Origin: Planctomycetota bacterium
GTDB taxonomy: Bacteria > Planctomycetota > GCA-2746535
Assembly: GCA_002746535.1 (NCBI GenBank)
Contig: NVWA01000016.1
Coordinates: 1 to 64,000 of the forward strand
Direction: 5' to 3'
Length of the DNA: 64,000 nt
In this document: positions 8,924 to 18,427 of the stretch, piece after piece
Layout of the letters: every line of letters begins with the position of its first letter
How positions within the stretch are numbered: the first letter of the stretch is position 1
The notes under the pieces: generated by a model
What the model was told of the DNA's origin: nothing
Databases searched by the model: none
Seen by the model: the letters and a program-made list of their open reading frames with translations, nothing else
Made by a program: the position numbers and the translations under genes

Positions 8924-9850
8924 TTAGTTTAATTTTTCTAAATCAGTCACTTCTTTAATGTTAATGACTTTTATTTCTTTATTTATCCTTCTCATCAATC
9001 CAGTTAAAACCTTATTTGGTCCTAACTCAATAAAATTCGTATACCCAAGATCAATTAATTTCTCCATTGTTTGATACCATCTAACCGGAGAAGTAAGCTG
9101 ACCTACTACTGTTTCTTTCACATCTTCAACATTTGTAACTGCACTAGCAGAAACATTTGAATAAACTTTACTTTCCGTTTCAGAAAGAGAAACAGAATCA
9201 AAAGCTTCACTCAATGCAGACTCTGCACTTGCCATTAAAGGTGAATGAAATGCTCCCGAGACACTTAACGGAATCACTCGTTTAGCACCTGCTTCCAAAA
9301 GCTTTTTTGAAGCTTCTTCAACAGCTGCAGTTTCACCTGAAATCACAATTTGAGAACTAATATTGTAGTTTGCACTTTGAACAATTCCATCAATATTTTT
9401 ACAAATTTCGTCAATCGTATTAACATCTAAATTTAATACGGATGCCATTGTACCATCGGTAGATTCAGCAGCCTTTTGCATAGCTTCGGCGCGTTTTTGC
9501 ACTAATCGTAACCCATCTTCAAATTGCCATGTACCACATGCTGAATGAGCTGAAAACTCACCTAAACTTAGACCTGCAAATTGTGATTCGCTTGATACTG
9601 AAATCTTTCCTAATGATTTTAATACTTCCCAAATAACCCAACTCGTTGTGTATATGGCAGGTTGACTATTTATGGTTTGGGTCAACTCTTCGTTAGGTCC
9701 CTCAAAACACAGTTGACTAATCGAATATTTTAAAATTTCATCGGCTTTATGGTAGGTATCTTTAGCAATTTGAAATTCATCGTAGAAGTCTTTACCCATT
9801 CCAACAGATTGAGCACCTTGACCAGGAAATAAAAAAACTGTCTTCGACAT
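8924..9850 (-). CDS. fabD: malonyl CoA-ACP transacylase
   Basis: GQGAQ and GLSLGEFSA (GHSxG-type) motifs. Confidence 0.9.
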   Translation of the reverse strand: MSKTVFLFPGQGAQSVGMGKDFYDEFQIAKDTYHKADEILKYSISQLCFEGPNEELTQTINSQPAIYTTSWVIWEVLKSLGKISVSSESQFAGLSLGEFSAHSACGTWQFEDGLRLVQKRAEAMQKAAESTDGTMASVLNLDVNTIDEICKNIDGIVQSANYNISSQIVISGETAAVEEASKKLLEAGAKRVIPLSVSGAFHSPLMASAESALSEAFDSVSLSETESKVYSNVSASAVTNVEDVKETVVGQLTSPVRWYQTMEKLIDLGYTNFIELGPNKVLTGLMRRINKEIKVINIKEVTDLEKLN

Positions 9851-9871
9851 ATTAGATAAAGCCTTTAGAAA

Positions 9872-10816
9872 TTACCAACGAATTAAGGTAGCTGCCCATG
9901 TTAAACCACCGCCAAAAGCAGGACACAAAATTAAGTCCCCTTTTTTAAACTTTTCTCCGCCTTCTTCTAAGGCAAGCGGAATTGAAGCCGCCGAAGTATT
10001 ACCATATTTTTCCAGGTTTATAAAAACTTTTTCCATGGGAACATCAAACTTTTTCGCCGTCGTCTGCAAGATTCGCATATTAGCCTGATGTGGCACAATC
10101 CAATCGATCTCATCTTCGGAAAAGCCCTCTTGTTCTAAAACCTTTTTCGAAGCTTGAACAAGATTTCTGACAGCATGCTTGAATAAATCTTTCCCTTTCA
10201 TTTGAACAACAGCAGAATTATGATTACTGTCACGACCACGCACTTCTAATAGATCGCTATATTTGCCATCAGATCCACCATATGTGCCAATCAACTCATG
10301 ACCATCATCACCCTTACCAACTATCGCCGCACCGGCACCATCACCAAATAAAATACATGTCGAACGATCGGTCCAATCAAGAATCTGGGAAATTTTTTCA
10401 ACACCAATTATTAATATATTTTTATAGACGTCTGTTTTTACGAGACTTTCAGCAACTTGTAGACTATATAGGAATCCACTACACATACCTAAAATATCAA
10501 AGGCAATGATTCCATTTAATCCCATTTTATTTTGTGCAATACAAGCCGTTGAAGGACTCGGTTGATCCCCAGAACAAGTAGCAATGATCAAACAATCAAT
10601 ATCTTCTTTTTGAAGACCTGCTTTTTCAATCGCATCAAGCCCAGCCTTACATGCCATATCCGATGCTAACTCATCGTCAGCAGCAATTCGTCTTTCAACC
10701 ATTCCAGTTCGTTCTCTGATCCAAGCATCATTGGTATCTAGAGTTTTAGATAAGTCATCATTAGTTAAAACTTTTTCCGGAACATATTTTCCAAAAGATT
10801 TTATTATTATACTCAT
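9872..10816 (-). CDS. fabH: 3-oxoacyl-ACP synthase III
   Basis: AFDILGMCSGF active-site Cys, PHQAN and GNTSAAS motifs. Confidence 0.9.
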   Translation of the reverse strand: MSIIIKSFGKYVPEKVLTNDDLSKTLDTNDAWIRERTGMVERRIAADDELASDMACKAGLDAIEKAGLQKEDIDCLIIATCSGDQPSPSTACIAQNKMGLNGIIAFDILGMCSGFLYSLQVAESLVKTDVYKNILIIGVEKISQILDWTDRSTCILFGDGAGAAIVGKGDDGHELIGTYGGSDGKYSDLLEVRGRDSNHNSAVVQMKGKDLFKHAVRNLVQASKKVLEQEGFSEDEIDWIVPHQANMRILQTTAKKFDVPMEKVFINLEKYGNTSAASIPLALEEGGEKFKKGDLILCPAFGGGLTWAATLIRW

Positions 10817-10829
10817 AACTAATGTCCTT

Positions 10830-11849
10830 TTAGCCTACCGAAGAAGAATTTATACTTGTTAATTCTTTCACAATATGTTCATTTAATTTGCCCGTATAAT
10901 TGTTTTTTGCCACATTAAGCGCATTAAAAACTGCCGTCCCATCAGCTTTTCCATGTCCAATCACACAAATACCATTTACGCCCAGTAATAATGCGCCACC
11001 AAATTCAGAGGGATCAGTTTTTTTCTTCATGCTTTTAAATACAGGGCTAAGAACCCAAGTAGCAATTTGATTAAGCAGACTTGAGGTAATATCTTCTTTA
11101 ACAATGCTCAGAATACTTTTAGCCAGTTGTTCACAAGACTTTAACAAGACATTTCCAGTAAAACCATCGCAAACTATCACATCAAAAGTACCTTTAAAGA
11201 TATCATCACCCTCAGCATTGCCACAAAAGTTAATACCACAATCACTTAGTAAGCTATGAGCTTCTTTAACAACTTCATGTCCCTTAGCAGCTTCTTCACC
11301 AACATTCATTAGACCAACTCTAGGATTTTCCACACCAAAGACACTTTTGCTGTAATGGTAGGCCATAATACCGTAACCTAATAAGTGTTCTGCTTTAGGC
11401 TCAACACTTGCTCCCATATCAATCATAACACAAGGTTTATCGTGAGTAAAAGTCGGAAATGGAATCGCTAATCCAGGACGTTTAACACCTGGCAATGCAC
11501 CCAAAACTAATTGAGATGTAAAAACAGAAGCTCCGGTATTTCCCATCGTTACAAATGCATCCGCTTCTTTATTTTTAACGGCATCTACAGCAACTCTAAT
11601 TGAAGATTTTTTTTTACTTCTATAAGCAGTTCGCGGGGAATCTTCCATCGTTACAATATCGGGTGCATGTCGGATTTCTATTCGACTTCGATCTGTAACT
11701 TGAGCTAGATCAAGCTCTTTTAAAATGATTTCTTCAGGACCCGTTAATAAGAGGTTTGTGTCTTTGTCATTTTCTAAAAATATTTTTAGGCCATCAACAA
11801 TAGCACTTGGTGCTTTATCGCCGCCCATTATGTCTAATGCAATTCGCAT
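10830..11849 (-). CDS. plsX: phosphate acyltransferase PlsX
   Basis: MRIALDIMGGD start and full-length PlsX-like sequence immediately downstream of rpmF. Confidence 0.9.
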   Translation of the reverse strand: MRIALDIMGGDKAPSAIVDGLKIFLENDKDTNLLLTGPEEIILKELDLAQVTDRSRIEIRHAPDIVTMEDSPRTAYRSKKKSSIRVAVDAVKNKEADAFVTMGNTGASVFTSQLVLGALPGVKRPGLAIPFPTFTHDKPCVMIDMGASVEPKAEHLLGYGIMAYHYSKSVFGVENPRVGLMNVGEEAAKGHEVVKEAHSLLSDCGINFCGNAEGDDIFKGTFDVIVCDGFTGNVLLKSCEQLAKSILSIVKEDITSSLLNQIATWVLSPVFKSMKKKTDPSEFGGALLLGVNGICVIGHGKADGTAVFNALNVAKNNYTGKLNEHIVKELTSINSSSVG

Positions 11850-11867
11850 TTGTTACCTTAATCTTTT

Positions 11868-12050
11868 CTAGTAACCTTTTACCTTGATCGCATCTCTACC
11901 TTTGTAATTTCCACAGGTAGGACAAACCGTATGTGGTAATATTTTATTTGAACATTTTGTGCATGATACCAATGCTTTTGCACTTAATGCATGATGCGAT
12001 CTTCGCATGTGACCTCTTGATCTCGTTTGGCGTCTTTGTGGTACAGCCAT
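11868..12050 (-). CDS. rpmF: 50S ribosomal protein L32
   Basis: MAVPQRRQTRSRGHMRRSHHAL... plus a CxxC...CxxC zinc ribbon. Confidence 0.9.
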   Translation of the reverse strand: MAVPQRRQTRSRGHMRRSHHALSAKALVSCTKCSNKILPHTVCPTCGNYKGRDAIKVKGY

Positions 12051-12310
12051 CGTAATTCCTTCACTAAATTATTGATAAATATCGTATGAAAAATAGGCGG
12101 GGGATTTTAAAAATTACCCCATATTTGTCAATGTGAAGTTCATTTTGGCTATTTTCAATACGAAAAGAATAAAGGCTTATTTGAAATACAAAGAATAAAT
12201 TTTAAGGCACATTCCATACAATAAATATTTAGTATAAAATTGACTGAATAAAGTGTCCTATAATTCATTTTAAAATCAATATTAACAATCATAAAAAGAA
12301 CCTTGGGCAT

Positions 12311-12943
12311 ATGCCAGAAAACACAAAAGATCTAAAACTAACGGTTGAATTAAGAGGCGCTCCATTACCAAAGCCATTAAATAAAATAGCCACCCATTTA
12401 TATTTTGTCATTTATCGTGAAAAGCCCAATGATAATATAAACTTATGTGAGCGATGGGAATTATGGGAAACCAAAAATGCTTTTCAAAAAAAAGATCCCG
12501 ATTCGCTTGAAAATAATGATCAAGACTCTTATGGCCATATTCATAAAAATCTAAAAGCACCGAATGACGGTGTTGGGGGAGGCCCATCCTTTCTAGTAAA
12601 AACCTGGATAGGCGAAAATGCCCTAAAGATCAATCAAACCATCTATTCATGTAATGACAACTTTTCATATAAAGCTTATTACCTGCCTTGGCCTGGTCCA
12701 AATAGCAATACCTATATTTCTTCTATATTGGAGAAAAGCAGAATACCCTATTCACTGCCTATTTCTGCAATAGGAAAAGACTGGAGAGGTTTATTCCAAT
12801 ATAAAAAAGACCGTGAAACTAAATCTTTTATCTTCCAGATTCTTACATTTGGTTTTAAATATGTGGCAAATAGGTTTTGGGAAATTCACTTTCTAGGCTT
12901 TACCTACGTTCATCATCATTCAACCGAGAAACAGTCTACATAA
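12311..12943 (+). CDS. hypothetical protein
   Basis: 210-aa ORF with no secure family call (it weakly recalls DUF3750). Confidence 0.35.
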   Translation: MPENTKDLKLTVELRGAPLPKPLNKIATHLYFVIYREKPNDNINLCERWELWETKNAFQKKDPDSLENNDQDSYGHIHKNLKAPNDGVGGGPSFLVKTWIGENALKINQTIYSCNDNFSYKAYYLPWPGPNSNTYISSILEKSRIPYSLPISAIGKDWRGLFQYKKDRETKSFIFQILTFGFKYVANRFWEIHFLGFTYVHHHSTEKQST

Positions 12944-13079
12944 AAAATATTTTTACCGATATTTCACTTTCTAAAAAAAAAAATTGATTTCCATTTTCAT
13001 TTAAATCTTATTTCATGAAGAACACTTACAATTCTTTTGACAATAGTTTCAACAATCTTAAAATTCTCGAACTTAGCAT

Positions 13080-13154
13080 GGCGGGTGTAGCTCAGTTGGT
13101 TAGAGCGTCTGATTGTGGTTCAGAAGGTCGTGGGTTCGATCCCCACCACTCGCC
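13080..13154 (+). tRNA. tRNA-His (anticodon GTG) with genomically encoded G-1
   Basis: Folded by hand. Acceptor stem GCGGGTG/CACTCGC with one G-T wobble, D-arm GCTC-AGTTGGTTA-GAGC, anticodon stem TCTGA/TCAGA with loop TTGTGGT, T-arm GTGGG-TTCGATC-CCCAC and discriminator C. An extra 5' G at 13080 marks His. Confidence 0.85.
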
Positions 13155-13204
13155 CTTTAATTTTGATCGTTCTTGTAGAAATATCAAAAACTGAAAATGC
13201 CTCT

Positions 13205-15106
13205 ATGACAGAAAATCAAAAACATCCCAAAGAATGGTGCGTAGAAACTAAAGCATCTAATCAAAAAGAAATTTTCAAATTAAGAACAAAAGAATTAGCC
13301 TTTTCTCTCTATAGACTTGCATCATTTTTTCTTTTGGGAATTGGTCCTTACTTTGCCATCAATTTAGATCATCCCATAAAATCAATTTTTTGGCTTTCGT
13401 TGCCGATTGGTTCAATCGCTTTTTATATTTTTGTTCGCAAACATCAAAATGTAAAAGACTCAATATATTTTTTATCAAACACAAATAACGCAATTGATTT
13501 AACACTTCAATCATTAAGCGACAATCAATTTACACCTGTAAGTCATCAATCAAAAGACAGCCCAATATATCCTGATGCAGAGCATTGGAAACTAACCGAA
13601 CAAGAAACGGATGACCTCGACTTTTATTCAGAAGGGGCATCACTATTTGGCAAAATCAATCGCACCTACTCTACCAAAGGCAGACAAATATTATCTGGCC
13701 TACTAAGTGCACCACTATTAAATAAAAACCCTATTGATGAAAGAGCAAAGGCCTATGCCAATTTAGAAAAGAATCCAGCGTTTCTCCATTTAATGGCTGG
13801 CAATGCTAAAGATTTTTCTAATTTACAAGAGCAGTTTTTAAATTTAAAATTGGCATTGAATTCAGAAATAAATCTACGCGGTTCGGGACTTTCAAAATTT
13901 TCACTCGGCTATACGTTTCTACCGCTTATCTTTTTGGTCATTTTATTACAAGGTTATATACATCAAAAATATTTTGTCTTTTTGGGTCTTATAATTCTGG
14001 CCAATATTATCTTTACAAAAATTATTGAAAAAAGAGTTTTCCCTTTATTAAAACCGTGGCTAAGTATTAGTTCTCTTTTAAATTATTCGGAATTATTTCT
14101 TCAAAAAGCAACCGCTATTGAATATACACACGAACCACTGAAATCACTGGCGGCAAAAAGCAAGATTTTAATTGAAGACAGCAATTTACCAGCATTGAAA
14201 AGCAGCGTTTCACTAATTCGCCTAAGGTATTCAGGAGTTATCCATATGATCGTCGATACTCTTTTTTTCTGGGACATTCGTGTTATGTGCCATTTAGAAA
14301 AGGTATTGAAAAATCAAAGTTCATTTGAGAATTTAGAAGAAATCATTGGAGAGTGGGAAGCACATATTTCAATGGCACTACAAAACTATGTGAATTTCGA
14401 CGGAACATATGCTGAAATACTCGATAAAAAAGAGTTTTCAATTATTGATGGCACTCACCCCCTTCTACCCGCGAATGCTGTCATTGGTAATAGCATACAG
14501 CTTCAACCTAGTGATAGAGCTTGGGTTATCTCAGGTTCAAACATGTCTGGTAAATCTACTTTTTTAAGAATGGTCGGAATCAATTCATTATTTGGGCAAG
14601 TAGGTTTAAAAACATATTCTAAAAAGACTTATATGTGCCCATTAAGAATCATGACTGATTTACGTATACGAGATAATTTATACAAAAATGAAAGCTACTT
14701 TCTTGCTGAAGTAAAACAATTAAAAAGAATGATTGATTTATCAACGGGCGAACCAGTAGTACTTGGTATTATCGATGAACCATATCGAGGTACCAATTCT
14801 GACGAAAGAGTGGCAGCCAGTTTAGAGGTTCTAAGATTTTTATTAAGTAGTGGCGGATTTTTTCTAACTGCTACCCACGACAAAGAAGTCACACAATTAG
14901 TTGGTGAAATTAACGATGTTAGCAATCATCATTTTCAAGAAACATTGAACGACAAAGATATAAGTTTTGATTATCTAATTCGTGATGGCATAGCAACTAC
15001 CCGCAATGCGATTAAAGTTCTAGAACAAGAAGGTTACCCTGCAGAAATCATACAAAGAGCTGAAGCCCTACTCGAAAAAAATAATAAAAACGCGCGGGAG
15101 TTTTAA
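13205..15106 (+). CDS. MutS-family ATPase (domain V) with N-terminal membrane segments
   Basis: Walker A VISGSNMSGKSTFLR and the MutS-type GIIDEPYRGTNSDERVAA motif. Several hydrophobic helices lie in the first ~300 aa. I moved the start from the ORF-track 13115 to the ATG at 13205, because 13115 sits inside the tRNA. Confidence 0.6.
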   Translation: MTENQKHPKEWCVETKASNQKEIFKLRTKELAFSLYRLASFFLLGIGPYFAINLDHPIKSIFWLSLPIGSIAFYIFVRKHQNVKDSIYFLSNTNNAIDLTLQSLSDNQFTPVSHQSKDSPIYPDAEHWKLTEQETDDLDFYSEGASLFGKINRTYSTKGRQILSGLLSAPLLNKNPIDERAKAYANLEKNPAFLHLMAGNAKDFSNLQEQFLNLKLALNSEINLRGSGLSKFSLGYTFLPLIFLVILLQGYIHQKYFVFLGLIILANIIFTKIIEKRVFPLLKPWLSISSLLNYSELFLQKATAIEYTHEPLKSLAAKSKILIEDSNLPALKSSVSLIRLRYSGVIHMIVDTLFFWDIRVMCHLEKVLKNQSSFENLEEIIGEWEAHISMALQNYVNFDGTYAEILDKKEFSIIDGTHPLLPANAVIGNSIQLQPSDRAWVISGSNMSGKSTFLRMVGINSLFGQVGLKTYSKKTYMCPLRIMTDLRIRDNLYKNESYFLAEVKQLKRMIDLSTGEPVVLGIIDEPYRGTNSDERVAASLEVLRFLLSSGGFFLTATHDKEVTQLVGEINDVSNHHFQETLNDKDISFDYLIRDGIATTRNAIKVLEQEGYPAEIIQRAEALLEKNNKNAREF

Positions 15107-15131
15107 ATAGTATTCACATGAGAGAGAAAAA

Positions 15132-16169
15132 ATGAAACAAATTCAATTAACAAATAAAAAAACATTTCAACTAGCCGAAGTTAAAAATCCAGAATTAATA
15201 AACACCAATGATGTATTAGTAAAAATGAAATCCATCGGTGTTTGTGGTAGCGATATTCACTATTTTGAAGATGGACAAATTGGAGACCAGAAAATAATTT
15301 TTCCGTTTACCATTGGCCATGAAGGCTCTGGAATTATTGAAGAAATCGGATCAAATGTAAATGATCTCAAAGTAGGAGACCGTGTTGCCATAGAACCGGC
15401 TATTTCTTGTGGGGAATGCGATCAATGTTTAAACCAAAGACCGCATACCTGTTTAAATTTAAGTTTTATTGGATGTCCTGGCCAACGATCGGGATGCCTT
15501 TCAGAATTTCTACCCGTCCCTTCAAAAAACTGTATTAAAATACCAGATGATATGACCTATCAGGAGGCTACATTTGCAGAACCGCTTTCCATCGGAATTT
15601 ATGCTGTAGAGCAATCAAAGGCCATGAATCATTCAAATCCAACAATGGGCATTTTGGGGAGTGGCCCCATTGGTTTGTCCGTATTAAGCTATTTAAATAC
15701 TTTGAATTTAAACGATGTTCTAATTTCAGATCCATTGCAAGATAGACTCCATATAGCTAAAAGCATAGGGTGTAATAAAACTATCACACCAGATTTGATT
15801 GATAATGAGCAAGACAAGTTCTTAAATTCTTTTGATATTATATATGAATGTTGCGGCCAAGAAGATAGTTTTCAACAAGCATTTCAATTATTAAAGCCTG
15901 GAGGTGAACTTGTAATTGTTGGCATCCCACCAACATTAGATCATTGGCAGTTACCTGTTGGCCTTTCAAGAAGAAAGGAAATCACCATTAAAAATATTCG
16001 GCGTCAAAATAATTGTATGGAAAAAGCTTTAGAATTAATTGGCCTTAAAAAAATACAAACAGACAAGCTTATAACTCACAATTTTAATTTAGAACAAACC
16101 CAGGAAGCTTTTGATTTAGTTTCCGGTTATCAAGATGGAATTCTAAAAGCCATGATAAATATTTCGTGA
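15132..16169 (+). CDS. Zn-dependent alcohol/polyol dehydrogenase (MDR family)
   Basis: GVCGSDIHYF, GHEGSGIIEEIG, the structural-zinc CGECDQC cluster and the GxGxxG GSGPIG motif. Confidence 0.8.
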   Translation: MKQIQLTNKKTFQLAEVKNPELINTNDVLVKMKSIGVCGSDIHYFEDGQIGDQKIIFPFTIGHEGSGIIEEIGSNVNDLKVGDRVAIEPAISCGECDQCLNQRPHTCLNLSFIGCPGQRSGCLSEFLPVPSKNCIKIPDDMTYQEATFAEPLSIGIYAVEQSKAMNHSNPTMGILGSGPIGLSVLSYLNTLNLNDVLISDPLQDRLHIAKSIGCNKTITPDLIDNEQDKFLNSFDIIYECCGQEDSFQQAFQLLKPGGELVIVGIPPTLDHWQLPVGLSRRKEITIKNIRRQNNCMEKALELIGLKKIQTDKLITHNFNLEQTQEAFDLVSGYQDGILKAMINIS

Positions 16170-16171
16170 GA

Positions 16172-17254
16172 TCATGAGGTAATGATGTGCAATTTTGTTG
16201 GCACCATCACTCTCATAGTAGGAATATAGCGATCATAGTCTCGAGCCATAATCATTTTTACAACCATTCGACCCATAGAATCTCTCGACCATTCTACATA
16301 ATTAAACTTCATGCTTTCCCATTCAGTACCTTTAAGAAATAAATTCTGCATCTCTTTACTTCCCCAAAGTATCAAGCTTACATCTTTACCAATTTCAATT
16401 CCTCTATCTTTCAACTCTGCTAAAGCACCTCTAACCATTTCCAAATGAGATATAATGATTGCGCTTGGCTTGTTTCCTTTTGAATAAAGTTTTTCAATTC
16501 CGGCTCTTCCTCCCTCATCATTAAATTCAGAGACTATCGCAGTTGCCTCTTTATTTAATAAGTCGCGTTTCATCATAGATTCAGCAAAACCGGCTCTCCT
16601 AAATAAGGGCTGATGAAATGCTTTTGACCAAACAATCAATCCAATTTCTGTATGCCCTTTTTTTATTAAATAATCAGTGATTAGTTCCACACCACCTCGG
16701 TCATCTTGAACAATTCCATCAATGGGCCAACCTTCTCTTAAAAATTCCACGGTAACAAGTGGAATTCCCCATTGCATAAAAGAGTCTACTGTTCCTGCCA
16801 TAGAATTTACAATTGAAATCCCAAGTAATTTATCTTTCATAGACAAGACTTGCTCAACCAGCTCTGGGCCAACTTTATTTGTTGTAATTAAATTTAAGCC
16901 ATTCTTTTTGCATTCTTCGAGAACAGCTGTGAAAATTTTATCCTCATGCAACAAACGACCCTCTTGGTTATGTCCAGGATGCTCAACATAAAGAATATCT
17001 TTTCTAATTCCAGACTGATCTTTTTTCATTAGACGATAAGCTTCAGGACCTAAGATATACCCTCTATAGGGTACACTCTTCAAGACACCTTCTTCTTGAA
17101 GTTTTTGCAAACAAGTTCGAATAGAAACTTTTGAAACGCTCAAACGTTCACACAATTCTTTTTCTTTTATATATTGACCTTCGCCCCAATGATTTTTACT
17201 GATTTCATGGCGAATCCATTCAGCTGCAATTTCTGGTTTTGATTTTTTTTTCAT
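16172..17254 (-). CDS. AraR-like regulator (GntR-type wHTH fused to LacI/PBP-type sugar-binding domain)
   Basis: N-terminal GntR wHTH (LSVSKVSIRTCLQKLQEEGVL) and a C-terminal periplasmic-binding-protein-like fold. Confidence 0.6.
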   Translation of the reverse strand: MKKKSKPEIAAEWIRHEISKNHWGEGQYIKEKELCERLSVSKVSIRTCLQKLQEEGVLKSVPYRGYILGPEAYRLMKKDQSGIRKDILYVEHPGHNQEGRLLHEDKIFTAVLEECKKNGLNLITTNKVGPELVEQVLSMKDKLLGISIVNSMAGTVDSFMQWGIPLVTVEFLREGWPIDGIVQDDRGGVELITDYLIKKGHTEIGLIVWSKAFHQPLFRRAGFAESMMKRDLLNKEATAIVSEFNDEGGRAGIEKLYSKGNKPSAIIISHLEMVRGALAELKDRGIEIGKDVSLILWGSKEMQNLFLKGTEWESMKFNYVEWSRDSMGRMVVKMIMARDYDRYIPTMRVMVPTKLHIITS

Positions 17255-17451
17255 GGAGCCTCTAAAACTATAGTACTAGTATTGAGAATAATATAGTATA
17301 AACTATAAACGTCAAGTAACTACATTTGTAAGGTATTAACGTTCTTAAAGCAAAATTAATTATGAAAGATAAATAAATTATATAAGACACCTCTATTCAT
17401 TACTCATTTCTTTTTTGATTTAAAAATCGTATTCCTATTTATAAAACTATT

Positions 17452-18420
17452 ATGAAAAAAATTGCTGGTTTCATCACAAGACACTTTAGTCTAGTATTAA
17501 TATTATGTCTCTGTATTGGTTTAATCTTCCAGGAATTTTCTATGTTGATTAGTCCATATATTAAATATCCACTAATAGGAGTCATGTTTTTAGGTTTTCT
17601 AAATATTGACTTGTCGATTTTAAAGAAAGAAATAAAAAGAATCGATCTACAAATTGGTCTTCTTGTTTTTGCAAATATTGTTCTACCGATTATTTTATAT
17701 ACAGTAACTTTACAATCAATGAGGCTCTTTAATTTAAATCCTCATTGGGCATATGGAGCCCTAATTCTTTATGCATCTCCAACAGGTGCGCTATGCCCTG
17801 CACTGTGTATTTTATTAAATGGAAATCCAGAAAGAGCCACAATTAATTTAATATTAACGACTGTAACGGTTCCATTTTCTTTACCGTTTCTGGTTAATCT
17901 TTTTATTCCAATAAGTGCCAACTTCAAATTAGATAATTTAGTGGCAGATTTATTAATTATTGTATTTATTCCCTTAGTAATGGCAGTTTTTGCTAAATTA
18001 TTTTTTAGAAAATTCACCACTTCAATTGTGCCTCATTTAGCACCCATTTCCATTTTACTAATCGGCGCAGTTGTTATAGGTGCCGTAAGTGGTTTAACAA
18101 TAGTAATATTAGAGAACCCTATCATCGCAATTAAAGGAACAATAATATCAAGTATACTTATAAGCGCGGCTTTTATCCTTGGCTGGTTTTTTGCAATCGG
18201 TGGTACAAATAAAGATCGAATGACTCTAAGCATATTTTCTAGTTGGCCAAATGTAGGGCTTACAATTGTAATTGCTAGTGATTATTTTAAAAAAGAGTTT
18301 ATGATTGCATGGATCTTTGTTGTCCTCTCTGAGATCACTTGGAACACAGCATTTATTCCAGCTCAAAAATGGTCAACCTATTTGAAAAATAAAAGTTTAG
18401 AAAAAACAGACGGAGAATAA
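17452..18420 (+). CDS. polytopic membrane transporter (BASS/AEC-like)
   Basis: About 9-10 predicted TM helices and no soluble domain. Confidence 0.35.
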   Translation: MKKIAGFITRHFSLVLILCLCIGLIFQEFSMLISPYIKYPLIGVMFLGFLNIDLSILKKEIKRIDLQIGLLVFANIVLPIILYTVTLQSMRLFNLNPHWAYGALILYASPTGALCPALCILLNGNPERATINLILTTVTVPFSLPFLVNLFIPISANFKLDNLVADLLIIVFIPLVMAVFAKLFFRKFTTSIVPHLAPISILLIGAVVIGAVSGLTIVILENPIIAIKGTIISSILISAAFILGWFFAIGGTNKDRMTLSIFSSWPNVGLTIVIASDYFKKEFMIAWIFVVLSEITWNTAFIPAQKWSTYLKNKSLEKTDGE

Positions 18421-18427
18421 AACCAAC

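Noticed and set aside
13115-13204. An N-terminal extension of the MutS-like CDS as called by the ORF track (MVQKVVGSIPTTRPL...).
   Set aside because: It overlaps the T-arm and acceptor stem of tRNA-His, and the peptide is a translation of tRNA sequence. The ATG at 13205 is the credible start.
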